Below are positions 18,992 through 32,796 of a DNA stretch of 64,000 nucleotides, piece by piece. The translations under genes and the position numbers were made by a program. This DNA is from an uncultured Gemmatimonadaceae bacterium. Its GTDB lineage: Bacteria > Gemmatimonadota > Gemmatimonadetes > Gemmatimonadales > Gemmatimonadaceae. The stretch covers positions 1 through 64,000 of the forward strand of contig CAWGJO010000024.1 in the NCBI GenBank assembly GCA_963822945.1, read 5' to 3'. The stretch's first letter is position 1; the number at the start of each line of letters is the position of its first letter. Under the pieces are notes generated by a model, which saw only the letters and a program-made list of their open reading frames with translations, had not been told where the DNA came from and searched no databases.

Positions 18992-20144
18992 GCCGCACGC
19001 TCCGGTAGAGTTCGGCGTACTGCGACGCGGCGGCCTGGGGCGAGAAGCGTCCGATCATGATCTCGCGGGCCTGGAGGCCGAGGCCGCGCGCCTGTGCCGG
19101 CGCCTCGGCCAGCCGGTCGAGGGCCGAGGCGAGCGCGCGCGGTGAGCGCTCGCGCACCAGCGAGCCCGTACGCCCCTCCTGGACCACATCGGGAAGCCCG
19201 CCCGACGCGAACGCCACCGCCGGCGTTCCGCACAGCATCGCCTCCACCGCCACCAGACCCAGCCCTTCGTCCTGCGAGGGCACGACGAGGGCGAGCGCCT
19301 CGCGGTAGAACGGTGCCAGCGCGGTCTGCGGCAACGCGCCGTGCCACGTGACCGCGTCGGACACACCGAGCTCGCCGGCCAGCGCCTGCAGGTGTCCCCG
19401 GATCGGCCCGTCCCCGACGATGTCGAGTGGAACGCGGTGGCGCATGGCCGCCAGGGCTTCGAGCAGCAGGTCGAGTCCCTTCTGCGGCATGAGCCGGCCG
19501 ACGAACAGCAGCCGGCTGCCCTGAACCGGGTGTGGCGGAGGCGTGAACAGGTCGGTGGCCACGGGCATCGGGGCCACGACGGGCTCGGTACCGGGAGCCA
19601 GCGCCTGGACCTCCCGGGCCAACCAGGTGGAGACCGTGGTGACGGCGGCCGAGTGGCGGAGTACGAAACCGAACGGGCCGCGCGACGCACGGACCTTCCG
19701 GGCCATCCGGACGTCGGTGCCATGCATCGTGGTAACGAGCGGGAGGTGGGCGCGAGACGCCGTCCACGCGGCGGAGATCCCCGAGGGAAACCACCAGTGC
19801 GCATGTACGACGTCAGGCTGGAACGTGCGGCAGGCGAGTGTGGCGGCGCGCGCGCCCGCGGCGATCAGGCCCGCGAGGCCGACTTTGGCGCCGACGGAGC
19901 CGGCCACCTGTTCGGCCATCGTGCCGGCGTAGGCCAGCGTTTCGCGGGAGCGCGGTGCGTACCGATAGCGGTGCACGGGGACGCCGTGCAGCTCGGCGGT
20001 GGCGGAGAGTCCCGGGGCCGATGGGGCGAGCACCAGCACCTCGATGCCCTGCGCGCCGAGCGCGACGGCGAGGCGGAGGATGAAGTTCCCGGCGGTGTCC
20101 GCTTCGGTGCGCGGGAAGGAGTGGGTGAGCCAGAGCGCGCGCAC
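18981..20144 (-). CDS. Glycosyltransferase family 4
   Basis: [21 protein letters not shown] and [14 protein letters not shown] (EX7E). Confidence 0.92.
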   Translation of the reverse strand: MRALWLTHSFPRTEADTAGNFILRLAVALGAQGIEVLVLAPSAPGLSATAELHGVPVHRYRYAPRSRETLAYAGTMAEQVAGSVGAKVGLAGLIAAGARAATLACRTFQPDVVHAHWWFPSGISAAWTASRAHLPLVTTMHGTDVRMARKVRASRGPFGFVLRHSAAVTTVSTWLAREVQALAPGTEPVVAPMPVATDLFTPPPHPVQGSRLLFVGRLMPQKGLDLLLEALAAMRHRVPLDIVGDGPIRGHLQALAGELGVSDAVTWHGALPQTALAPFYREALALVVPSQDEGLGLVAVEAMLCGTPAVAFASGGLPDVVQEGRTGSLVRERSPRALASALDRLAEAPAQARGLGLQAREIMIGRFSPQAAASQYAELYRSVRRGA

Positions 20145-20147
20145 GCG

Positions 20148-21137
20148 CTACCGCGGATCGTGCGGGTCGTGCTCGACCGCCAACTCCTCGACCCGCCGCC
20201 GGAGTTCGCGCACCTCGGCCCGTTGGCCGGCGATCTGTTCGCCGAGCATGCCGGTGGCGAAGAACACGCTGCCCAGCACGAGGCAGGTCTGGATGACGGT
20301 CCACACGGCGCGCACGCCCTCACCGCGCAACCAGAGCCAGAGCAGCGCCGCTACCCCCGACAGGACGCCGATGCCGAACAGCGCGGCGCCGAGCATGCCG
20401 AAGGCCAGGAGCGGCTTCTTGCCGAACCGGAGTTCGAACCAGACGGAGAGCATGTCGAGCACGCCCACCGGAATTCTGGAGAGTCCGAACTTCGACTTAC
20501 CGGCGTGCCGCGGATACAGCGGCACCTGGATCTCGGCGACCGTGAATCCCTGGGCGGCCGCGAGGACGATCATGTATCGGTGCCAGTCGGGCCGGATGGG
20601 CAGTCCGTCCATGATCTCGCGCCGGTACGCCTTCACCGAGTTGAGGTCCTTGACCGGCACGTCGAACAGCGTACGGCTGAGCCAGTTGTAGATCTTGGAG
20701 ACGAAGGCCTTCTCGTACTTCCCCTGCTTGAACCCGGTGACCATGTCGGCCTCACCGGCGAGGATCGGCGCGACGAGCCGCGGAATGTCCTCGGGCTTGA
20801 ACTGCAGGTCGGCCGGATAGAACACCATGACCTGTCCGCGCGCGGCCAGGTACCCCGTGCGCAGCGCGTCGGCGATGCCTCGCTGCGTGCGGTGGCGGAC
20901 GGCGCGCAGAAACGGATACCGGGCCTGCAACTCCTGGAGCACGGACCACGTGCGATCGGTGCTGCCGTCGTCGATGACGATCACTTCGTAGCGGGCCGGA
21001 TCGTCGCGGAACGCGGCCTCGGCGAGCTCCATGAACAGCGGGAGGTTCTCCGCCTCGTCCTTGGCCGGCACGAGCACCGACACGTCCACGGGCGCCCGGG
21101 GCGGCGCGTCCGGCGGGGCGACGGGGCGCGCCGTCAT
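20148..21137 (-). CDS. Glycosyltransferase family 2 with two C-terminal TM helices (ArnC/GtrB-like)
   Basis: SVLVPAKDE, DDGSTD, PADLQ, HRY and RHAGKSKFG followed by two TM helices. Confidence 0.9.
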   Translation of the reverse strand: MTARPVAPPDAPPRAPVDVSVLVPAKDEAENLPLFMELAEAAFRDDPARYEVIVIDDGSTDRTWSVLQELQARYPFLRAVRHRTQRGIADALRTGYLAARGQVMVFYPADLQFKPEDIPRLVAPILAGEADMVTGFKQGKYEKAFVSKIYNWLSRTLFDVPVKDLNSVKAYRREIMDGLPIRPDWHRYMIVLAAAQGFTVAEIQVPLYPRHAGKSKFGLSRIPVGVLDMLSVWFELRFGKKPLLAFGMLGAALFGIGVLSGVAALLWLWLRGEGVRAVWTVIQTCLVLGSVFFATGMLGEQIAGQRAEVRELRRRVEELAVEHDPHDPR

Positions 21138-22627
21138 ACGCGTTTCCGCATGCGGGCCGAGAGCACGCCCAGCTGGTCGCGATACTTCGCCACGGTGCGG
21201 CGGGCGATCTGGACGCCCTGCCGGTTGAGGATGGCCACGATTTCCTGGTCGGTGAGGGGGTGCTGCGGATCCTCGTCCTCGATCAGCTTCTCGATCTGGG
21301 CGCGGATGCCGCGGGCCGAGACGTCGTCGCCGCCGGTGGTGGTGAGCCCCGACGAGAAGAAGAACTTGAGCGGGAGCACGCCGCGGGGGGTCTGGACCCA
21401 CTTCTCGTTGGTCACGCGGCTGATCGTGGACTCGTGCATGCTGATGGCCTCGGCCACCTCGCGGAGGGTGAGCGGCTTCAGGTACTGCACGCCCTTCTCG
21501 AAGAATTCGCGCTGACGGTCGACGATGTAGTTCATGACCTTGAGCATCGTCTGGCGGCGCTGTTCGATGGCCTGAATCATCCAGGTGGCGGAGTTCAGTT
21601 TGCTGGCGATGAAGTCCTTGTTCTCCCCCTTGTACTTGCTCTTGTCGCGGGCGATGTCCTGGTAGGTCCGGCTGAGCCGCAACCGCGGGAGATTGGTGTC
21701 GTTCAACGAGACGCGATAGGCGCCGTCGAGCTTGTCGACGATCAGGTCGGGGATGATGTAGTTCTCTTCCGTCGCGCTGAACCGCAGCCCCGGCTTGGGA
21801 TCGAGCTTCTGGATCTCGTCGGCGGCCGCCTGGACCTCCTGCACGGTGAGGCCGTAGCGCCGGGCGATCTCGGGCCAGCGATGGGCGATGAGATCGTCGA
21901 ACGCTTCGTCGACCAGCCGGTATGCGAGCGCGTGCTCGCTGCCGAGGTCGCGCAACTGCAGGAGGAGACACTCGCGGAGGTCGCGCGCGCCGACTCCGGC
22001 CGGATCGAGCGCCTGGATGATCCCGAGCATGGCCTCCGCCTCGGCGGGCGTGAAGAGCGGGAGGTCGGCGGGGTCGGCGTCCTCCCGTTCGGCGGCGTTG
22101 TTGATGGATGCATTGACGCTCTCGAGCACCTCGTCGAGGGGGCACGACAGGTAGCCGTCGTCGCCGATGTTGCCGACGAATTCCTCGGCCAGCACCTGCT
22201 GCCGGGGCGAGAGGTCGAGCAGCGAGAGCTGCTCCAGGAGGTGGTCGGACAGGTCGCCGCGGTCGACCGTGACCGGTTCGTAGTGCTCGCGCACCTCGGT
22301 CTCCGCGGGCGCGCCGCCGGGGTCGAATCCGTCGAGCAGGATCTCTTCCCAATCGATGGCGTCGTCCTTGGCGGACTCGTGCTCGGCGGCGCTGTCCTCG
22401 GCCTCGGCGTCGAGGGCGGGAAGCTGCTCGTCCTCGTTCTCGGCCTCGTCGTTCTCGTCGTCGTCCGGCTCCACGAGGTCGAGGAACGGGTTGTTGAGGA
22501 GTTCCTGCTTCAGGTGCTGCTGGAGGTCGAGGAGCGGCATGTACAACAGATCCATCGCCTGGTACAGGCGTGGATTGATCTTCAGTTCCTGTCGGAGGCT
22601 GGCGCTCTGCTGAAGACCTGTTTTCAT
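21134..22627 (-). CDS. rpoN: RNA polymerase sigma-54 factor
   Basis: Gln/Leu-rich region I, acidic region II, HESTISR and the RpoN box ARRTVAKYR. Confidence 0.98.
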   Translation of the reverse strand: MKTGLQQSASLRQELKINPRLYQAMDLLYMPLLDLQQHLKQELLNNPFLDLVEPDDDENDEAENEDEQLPALDAEAEDSAAEHESAKDDAIDWEEILLDGFDPGGAPAETEVREHYEPVTVDRGDLSDHLLEQLSLLDLSPRQQVLAEEFVGNIGDDGYLSCPLDEVLESVNASINNAAEREDADPADLPLFTPAEAEAMLGIIQALDPAGVGARDLRECLLLQLRDLGSEHALAYRLVDEAFDDLIAHRWPEIARRYGLTVQEVQAAADEIQKLDPKPGLRFSATEENYIIPDLIVDKLDGAYRVSLNDTNLPRLRLSRTYQDIARDKSKYKGENKDFIASKLNSATWMIQAIEQRRQTMLKVMNYIVDRQREFFEKGVQYLKPLTLREVAEAISMHESTISRVTNEKWVQTPRGVLPLKFFFSSGLTTTGGDDVSARGIRAQIEKLIEDEDPQHPLTDQEIVAILNRQGVQIARRTVAKYRDQLGVLSARMRKRV

Positions 22628-22640
22628 GCGTGTGTGCGGC

Positions 22641-23861
22641 TCAACTGGCGGCGGAAGCGAAACGCGACCGCAGCCGGGCGGTCAGCGTCGGTCCGAGGTA
22701 GATGTCCGCCACGGTGTCGTCGAAGACCAGTTCCCGGACGGTCCCGGATACCTTGACCTGTCCATCGAACATGATGTACGCGCGATCCACAATGTCCAGC
22801 GTCTGCTCCACGTTGTGGTCGGAAATCAGGACGCCGATGTGCCGGGTCCGGAGGCGGGCCACGATGGTCTGGATGTCGTGCACGGCAATCGGGTCGACGC
22901 CCGCGAAGGGCTCGTCGAGCATCATGAACTTGGGCTCGGTGACCAGGGCGCGGGTGATCTCCAGGCGGCGGCGCTCGCCGCCGGAGAGGGCGTACGCCTT
23001 CTGGTGCCGCAGGTGCTTGAGTCCCAACTCGTCGAGCAGACCTTCGAGGCGCGCGGCGCGCTCGGCGGAGGGGATGGAGAGCGTCTCGAGGATGGCCCTG
23101 ATGTTGTCCTCCACGGAGAGTTTCCGAAAGATCGAGGGTTCCTGCGAAAGGTAGCCGATCCCCAGGCGTGCCCGTTTGTACATCGGCATGTTGGTGATGT
23201 CGGCTCCGTCAAAGCGGATGCGCCCCGCCATGGGTTGGATGAGTCCGACGATCATGTAGAAGGTCGTCGTCTTCCCCGCGCCGTTGGGGCCCAACAAACC
23301 GACGATTTCCCCCTGCCGAAGGTGAACAGCGACATCGTTCACCACGCGCCGCCGGCGGTACATCTTGACCAGGCCGGTGGCCTCCAGGGTGCTGCCGCCC
23401 ACCGTCACGGCGGCTTCCGGTTCCAGCACGGGCTCGTCCACGGCCACTACCGGCTGTTCGCCGGTGCGCCGCATCACAGCCGCGATCTCGGCCCGGCTCC
23501 CCGAAATCTGGTCCCACACGGGCGTCCGGAAGCGGATGATGGCATCGGGATTGACGAGCCCCTCGGGGGGCAGTTCGACCACGCCCTCGCCGGCGAGGCG
23601 CGGGAACACGGAGCGGGCCAGATGCCCGCGGACCTCGTCGAGGCTCAGCCGTCCGGCTTCGCGGTCGGCGTCGTGCCCCGCGGCCCGGAGGGCGGCCAGG
23701 TGGTCGTCACGGTAGACCACGGCCACGCGGTCGAAGTTGGCCGCGCCGTACTCGTTGGCCGCGCTGATCAGCGCGTGCACGGCGAGCGCCGTCGAGCGAT
23801 CGCCGTGCGACAGGCGGTCGACCAGGGCGAGGAACTTCTCGGGTGGCGAGGAATCGGTCAT
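22641..23861 (-). CDS. lptB: LPS export ABC ATPase LptB with about 158-aa N-terminal extension
   Basis: [32 protein letters not shown] and SDHNV; upstream of rpoN. The ATG at 23861 overlaps the upstream stop. Confidence 0.93.
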   Translation of the reverse strand: MTDSSPPEKFLALVDRLSHGDRSTALAVHALISAANEYGAANFDRVAVVYRDDHLAALRAAGHDADREAGRLSLDEVRGHLARSVFPRLAGEGVVELPPEGLVNPDAIIRFRTPVWDQISGSRAEIAAVMRRTGEQPVVAVDEPVLEPEAAVTVGGSTLEATGLVKMYRRRRVVNDVAVHLRQGEIVGLLGPNGAGKTTTFYMIVGLIQPMAGRIRFDGADITNMPMYKRARLGIGYLSQEPSIFRKLSVEDNIRAILETLSIPSAERAARLEGLLDELGLKHLRHQKAYALSGGERRRLEITRALVTEPKFMMLDEPFAGVDPIAVHDIQTIVARLRTRHIGVLISDHNVEQTLDIVDRAYIMFDGQVKVSGTVRELVFDDTVADIYLGPTLTARLRSRFASAAS

Positions 23862-25246
23862 CGGGACGATCGGGATGGGCGGTGTACGGCGGTGGTGTCC
23901 GGGCGGCCTGGTGGCAGCGGTGGTTTGGCATCCGGTTTCGCCGGCGGGGCGCACCGGTTGGCCGGCAGCGAGTCGTTGGGCTCCGCGAAGATGCCGACGG
24001 TCTTCCCCACGACGTCCACCTGCTCGGCGCCCTTGGCACCGAAAGTGACGACGATGCGACTGCCCCGGGAGTAATTCATTGCCGGGACGCAGATCGTGCT
24101 GTCCCGCGGGGCCATGTTGTAGTAGGCCGAGGCGCTGTCGATGGCGATGAGCTGTTTGATGCGCGGCGCCTGCGCGGTGTCCTTCGGCGGCAGCGTGTCG
24201 AATTTCGCGACGATCGTATCCCCGCGCATCCAGTCCATCTCGTTCGTGTGGAACCGCACCGTGTCGGGCTTGCTCTCGGCGTAGGCGTGCCCCACGGCGT
24301 GGATCTCGCGGGCCCGCTGATTCGGCATCAGGACGTCGATGGAGTCGGCAAGGAGGCTGTCGGCGGGCGACTTGGCGGCGGCCCGGCCCGGTCCCCAGGC
24401 GTGGGCCCGCTGCAGGACGTCGTTGCTCACGCGAAAGTCGATCGTGTCGGCATGGAGCGTGAGGTCCTTGCTCGTCGCCACCGCGCCGCCGCGCGCCAGC
24501 ACGCGGTCGAGCTGCTGCTCGTGCGAATACAGGTCGATGAGGGTGCCGACGAGCGTGAACGGATTCTCTCCCTTCCGTCCGTCGATCTGCGGGTGCCCGA
24601 TCAGGTGCAGGATCTCGTGTTGGCCGTCGAGGAACATCGAGTCGCTGTGGGCGTTCAGGTCCTGCCGCGTGATCAGGACCGCTCCCCCGGCATAGACGAG
24701 GCTGTCGCCCTTCATGAACACGTGGTTCGCGATCACGTTCATGGGCGGCTCGGGGCGGCCCAGCGAATCCTTCTGAATGAGGAGGATCGTGGGGCGCCCG
24801 GTGGCGGACACCGAGGCCAGCGGCCGGGTGTTCGGAATCGGGCGCAGATACGTGGCCACCGGCCCCTTCAGATTGGAGCCGTTGGGCATGGTGGCATTCA
24901 CGTTGCCGGTGGCCACCACGCGCTCCTCATTCATGAAGTAGTTCAGGAAATCGGATTGCACGGTGAACCGCGGTTCGCGGTAGTCCACGTGCCCCACGAG
25001 GTAGAGGCGCTTCTCGTCGCCGTACTGCTCCAGGCTGTCGGCCTTGAGGTGGATGTCCTTGGACGGACAGACCACCACGACGCCACCGCCGAGGTACGTA
25101 TTGTACTGGCCGGTGGGGGTCATCACGCTCATCTGGCGGGTGGTCGGCGTGTTGATCGCGTTGCAGCGCGTCGGCGGGCCCTGCCCGAACAGGGCCGCCG
25201 GAACCAGGCAGGCGGCCGCGGCGACCGCGCGACGGAGCGCGCGCAT
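23858..25246 (-). CDS. Large OstA/LptA-like periplasmic protein (462 aa)
   Basis: Signal peptide, repeated beta-jellyroll-like motifs (LKADS, VATGNV, LHADTI, LLADSI, MRGDTI); occupies the lptA slot between lptC and lptB. Confidence 0.8.
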   Translation of the reverse strand: MRALRRAVAAAACLVPAALFGQGPPTRCNAINTPTTRQMSVMTPTGQYNTYLGGGVVVVCPSKDIHLKADSLEQYGDEKRLYLVGHVDYREPRFTVQSDFLNYFMNEERVVATGNVNATMPNGSNLKGPVATYLRPIPNTRPLASVSATGRPTILLIQKDSLGRPEPPMNVIANHVFMKGDSLVYAGGAVLITRQDLNAHSDSMFLDGQHEILHLIGHPQIDGRKGENPFTLVGTLIDLYSHEQQLDRVLARGGAVATSKDLTLHADTIDFRVSNDVLQRAHAWGPGRAAAKSPADSLLADSIDVLMPNQRAREIHAVGHAYAESKPDTVRFHTNEMDWMRGDTIVAKFDTLPPKDTAQAPRIKQLIAIDSASAYYNMAPRDSTICVPAMNYSRGSRIVVTFGAKGAEQVDVVGKTVGIFAEPNDSLPANRCAPPAKPDAKPPLPPGRPDTTAVHRPSRSSR

Positions 25247-25800
25247 CAGCGACTCGGAAACGACGTGATGAGGCCCGACCCGCGGCATCCGCGCAGGCAG
25301 TTGATCCGCTTGAGACCCGGGTCGGCGTTGAACCCGATGCCCCGCGACACCTTGTCGCCCTGCGTCAGCACGAACGACGTGTCGCTCGACACGAGGTTCG
25401 TGGCCTGATTGAACCGGAGTTGCGGTGTCTCGAGCCGTTCGCCCTTGGCGGTCGTGATGACGACGTGGCCCCACCCGTCGAGCACCTCGGTGCGCATGTT
25501 GTATCGGCCGCTGTCGGCGCGCATCGTGCCGTTGGGTTCACCGTTGTTGTCGGCGAAGTCCACGTGCACGTTCCGGAAGTCGAACCGGGTCTGGTCGTTG
25601 AACACGAACGCGGTGTCGGCCGTCATCGTGCCGCGCTCGATGCCCTTGTTCGTGAGGACGGACGAGAACTGGACCATCACCTGTTCGGCGCTGTCGGCCA
25701 CCGAGGGGACGTGCGCTACCGGGGGCTCCGGCGTGCCGTCGCAGCCGAAGGCCGCGGCCACGGCCACCGCCAGGAGGCCGGCCTGGAGGGCGCGCCTCAC
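25246..25800 (-). CDS. lptC: LPS export protein LptC (lipoprotein-type)
   Basis: Lipobox AFGC, MRADSGRY, LETPQLRF and SRGIGF; follows the kds genes. Confidence 0.85.
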   Translation of the reverse strand: MRRALQAGLLAVAVAAAFGCDGTPEPPVAHVPSVADSAEQVMVQFSSVLTNKGIERGTMTADTAFVFNDQTRFDFRNVHVDFADNNGEPNGTMRADSGRYNMRTEVLDGWGHVVITTAKGERLETPQLRFNQATNLVSSDTSFVLTQGDKVSRGIGFNADPGLKRINCLRGCRGSGLITSFPSR

Positions 25801-26762
25801 CGGACCCGCGCCCGCATCAGGTCGTGCAGATGCACCACACCGACCAGTCGGTTGGCGTCGTCCACCACGGGCATCGCCATGATGCCGTGCTCTTCCATGC
25901 GGAACGCCACGGCGCTGGCGAGTTCGTCCGCCCGCGCCGTCTTCGGGGCCCGCGTGAGCACGCGGTCGGTGGCGACCGCGAGAATATCGGCTTCGCGTTC
26001 CATCATGCGCGTCAGGTCACCCGCCGTCATGATCCCCGCCAGACGATCGTCGCCGTCGAGTTGAATGGCAATGCCCCGTTTCTCCGCCAGCAGCACGATG
26101 GCCTGCCGCATGGTATCGCCACTTCGTAATACCGGAAGGTCGTCCGCGCTCATCACGTCGCGCACCCGCGTCAACAGCTGCCGGCCGAGCGAGCCGCCGG
26201 GATGCAGGCGCGCGAAATCCTCACGCCGGAATCCCTTGACGTCGAGCAGCGCGACGGCGAGCGCATCGCCCAGCGCCAGCGCCACCGTGGTACTCGTGGT
26301 GGGTGCCAGGTCGTGCGGACACGCCTCTTCCTTTACCCACCCGTCCAGCCAGAGGTCCGCGAGTCGCGCCAGGGACGAGTTCCCCTCCCCCGTGATGGCG
26401 ATGATCCGCACCCCGAGGCCCTTCAGATGCTCCAGGAGGCCGAGCAATTCGTCGGACTCCCCGCTTTTGGAAATCAGAATGGCCACGTCGTCGTGCCCGA
26501 CGATGCCGAGGTCGCCGTGCACGCTGTCCACCGGATGCAGGAAGCTGGCCGGGGTGCCGGTGGAGGTGAGCGTGGCGGCGATCTTGCGGCCGATGAGGCC
26601 CGACTTGCCGACCCCGGCCACGATCACGCGCCCCGTGGACGCCGCGATCATGCGGACGGCGCCGGCGAACGAATCGCCGAGGCGCGTCTCGGCCTCGGCC
26701 AGCGCCTGCGACTCGAGGCGGAGCACGCGGCGTCCCAGCGCGGTGATGTCCGGCGTGGTCAT
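25797..26762 (-). CDS. kdsD: Arabinose-5-phosphate isomerase (KpsF/GutQ family)
   Basis: GVGKSG, HGDLG, EACPHDLAPTTST, HPGGSLG and a CBS pair. Confidence 0.95.
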   Translation of the reverse strand: MTTPDITALGRRVLRLESQALAEAETRLGDSFAGAVRMIAASTGRVIVAGVGKSGLIGRKIAATLTSTGTPASFLHPVDSVHGDLGIVGHDDVAILISKSGESDELLGLLEHLKGLGVRIIAITGEGNSSLARLADLWLDGWVKEEACPHDLAPTTSTTVALALGDALAVALLDVKGFRREDFARLHPGGSLGRQLLTRVRDVMSADDLPVLRSGDTMRQAIVLLAEKRGIAIQLDGDDRLAGIMTAGDLTRMMEREADILAVATDRVLTRAPKTARADELASAVAFRMEEHGIMAMPVVDDANRLVGVVHLHDLMRARVR

Positions 26763-27319
26763 CGCACCGCCTCCCGCGCCGAACGCTTGCGCACGTACTC
26801 GCGCCAGAGGTCGTCCCACTGGCCGCGCGCGCGGAGCAGCGCCTCGGCGAATTCGCGGACGGCGCCCCGTCCGCCCTCGCGCGTGAGGACGTGCCCGGCC
26901 TCCCCCTTGATCTCCGGCGCAGCATTGCCGGTCGCCACTGCGAGGCCCGCCACGCGCATCACGGCCAGGTCGGGGAAGTCGTCGCCCACGAACGCCGCCT
27001 CGGCCGGGGCGATGCCGTGGCGCTCGATCATGTCGATGAAGGCCGGGAGCTTGTACGCGTCGACGACCTGCGCGACGTCTTCGATCTCCAACTCGGCGGC
27101 GCGCATGCGCACGCTGTCCGAGACGCGCCCGGTGATGATGGCCACCCGCAGCCCGGCGCGGTGCAGCAGGTAGATGCCGAGGCCGTCCTGGATGTCGTAG
27201 CGCTTGAACTCGAGCGGACGGCCGTCCACGGCGCCGAGGTAGATGCCACCGTCGGTGAGCACGCCGTCCACGTCCAGGGCGACGAGCTTGATGCGCTTGG
27301 CCAGGGAGGCGTCGATCAT
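26759..27319 (-). CDS. kdsC: KDO 8-phosphate phosphatase
   Basis: LDVDGVLTDG, IITGR, VGDDFPD and GGRGAVRE motifs. Confidence 0.93.
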   Translation of the reverse strand: MIDASLAKRIKLVALDVDGVLTDGGIYLGAVDGRPLEFKRYDIQDGLGIYLLHRAGLRVAIITGRVSDSVRMRAAELEIEDVAQVVDAYKLPAFIDMIERHGIAPAEAAFVGDDFPDLAVMRVAGLAVATGNAAPEIKGEAGHVLTREGGRGAVREFAEALLRARGQWDDLWREYVRKRSAREAVR

Positions 27320-28125
27320 GCGCGGACGAGCGCCCAGAGCGCGACCGTTCGTTCGATCAGCGCGTCGAGATGTTCCAGCGGGATCATGTTGGGGCCGTCG
27401 CTGGGGGCGTGATCGGGATCGGGATGGGTTTCCATGAACAGGCCGTCGGCGCCTGCAGCCACCGCGGCCATGGTGAGGGGCGGGATGAATTCGCGCGCCC
27501 CGCCGCTCGCTCCCCCCTGCCCCTGCCCCGGGCGCTGGACGCTGTGGGTGGCGTCGAACACCACCGGTGCCTCGCAGGCGTCGCGCATCCGGACGAAATC
27601 GCGCATGTCCACCACGAGATCGCCGTACCCGAAGAAGGTCCCGCGTTCGGTCACGGCGACCTCCGACGGCGTCGCCGCCGCGCCCCGGACCTTGTCCACC
27701 GCCCCCCGCATGCCCTCGGGATGCATCCACTGCCCCTTCTTGATGTTCACCGGCTTACCGGTGGCACCGGCCGCTTCGAGCAGATCGGTCTGGCGGCAGA
27801 GGAACGCCGGAATCTGAAGGACGTCGGCCACCTGCGCGGCGGCCGCGCATTGCTCCGGCAGATGGACGTCGGTGAGGATGCGAAGGCCCGTGGCCTTTCG
27901 CACGCGGTCCAGCGCCGCCAGCCCCTCGTCCAGCCCGGGGCCGCGGTGCGCACCGGCGTTCGACCGGTTGGCCTTGTCGAACGACGCCTTGTAGACGATG
28001 CCGCCCGGCACCCGGTCGGCGAGCGCGGCGAGGTGATCGCCCACGCGCAGGTTGAGATCGTCGTCCTCCACCACGCAGGGGCCGGCGATCAGGAAGAAGG
28101 CGTCCGCGGGGAATGCGTGTGTCAC
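27316..28125 (-). CDS. kdsA: KDO 8-phosphate synthase (Cys-type, likely metal-dependent)
   Basis: IAGPCVVE, KASFDKANRS, QIPAFLCRQTD, DATHSVQ and SDG motifs. Confidence 0.96.
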   Translation of the reverse strand: MTHAFPADAFFLIAGPCVVEDDDLNLRVGDHLAALADRVPGGIVYKASFDKANRSNAGAHRGPGLDEGLAALDRVRKATGLRILTDVHLPEQCAAAAQVADVLQIPAFLCRQTDLLEAAGATGKPVNIKKGQWMHPEGMRGAVDKVRGAAATPSEVAVTERGTFFGYGDLVVDMRDFVRMRDACEAPVVFDATHSVQRPGQGQGGASGGAREFIPPLTMAAVAAGADGLFMETHPDPDHAPSDGPNMIPLEHLDALIERTVALWALVRA

Positions 28126-28126
28126 G

Positions 28127-30558
<2,432 letters not shown>

Positions 30559-30585
30559 GGGCGGCGCCAAGCCGCGCGACCGGCC

Positions 30586-30600
30586 GCAAGATTCACGCCA
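30586..30600 (-). promoter_or_regulatory. Putative sigma54 -24/-12 element
   Basis: Minus strand reads TGGC-GTGAATC-TTGC, exact GG-N10-GC spacing, 27 nt upstream of the kdsB ATG. Confidence 0.5.
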
Positions 30601-30603
30601 GCC

Positions 30604-30632
30604 AATCTACCGATCGCCCTCGGGAAAGGCAA
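30604..30632 (-). promoter_or_regulatory. Putative sigma70 promoter of the kdsB-rpoN-dapF operon
   Basis: Minus strand TTGCCT-17 nt-TAGATT. Confidence 0.6.
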
Positions 30633-30677
30633 ACGCTGTCGGGGCAAACGCTTCGCATTCCGCCGCCCCGAGTGGCG

Positions 30678-31259
<582 letters not shown>

Positions 31260-31278
31260 GGTGGGGGATCGCGTGGGG

Positions 31279-32183
<905 letters not shown>

Positions 32184-32184
<1 letters not shown>

Positions 32185-32792
32185 CAGCGATTGCGCCGGC
32201 GGAGGAGAACGGCCGTCACGAGCCCGAGCACCAGCACCGCCGCGACGGCCGCCGCGGTGCCACCGTCCCGCGAGAGCGCACGCACCAGCGCCGGCCAGTC
32301 GGCGCCGAGGGTGAACCCCACGTAGCTCACGGTGCCGTACCAGATGGCGGAGGCACTCCCGATGAGCAGGGCGGCGGTGAACGCCGGAACGCGCAGCGCG
32401 CCGGCGAACGGCGGGACGAGCGCCCGCACGCCGGGGATGAAGCGCCCCAGGAACAGCGCGGCGAGCCCGAACCGTCCGTAGTAGTCGCTCAGCCTGTCCT
32501 CGAGCTGCTCGGCCCGCTTGCCGAGCAGCCGCCGCTCCAGGCGATCCGCGCCGTACCGACGGCCGAGGGCATAGATGATCATCGCGCCGGCGACGTTGCC
32601 TACCCAGACGGACAGGAACGACACCCACGCGGACCCGTGGCCGCGCGCGGCGAGGAAGCTGCCGAAGGCCACCACGCTGTCGGCCGGGAGCGGCGGGAAG
32701 ACGTTCTCGGCGGCGGCGGTAGCCGCCAGGATCAGGTAGAGGGCGGTGAGCGGAAGAGCGCCCACCCAGTCCAGGAACGGCGTGAGGCCCAC
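32184..32792 (-). CDS. DedA family membrane protein
   Basis: ENVFPPLPAD, GAMIIYALGR and GRFIPGVR motifs. Confidence 0.9.
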
Positions 32793-32796
32793 GAGC

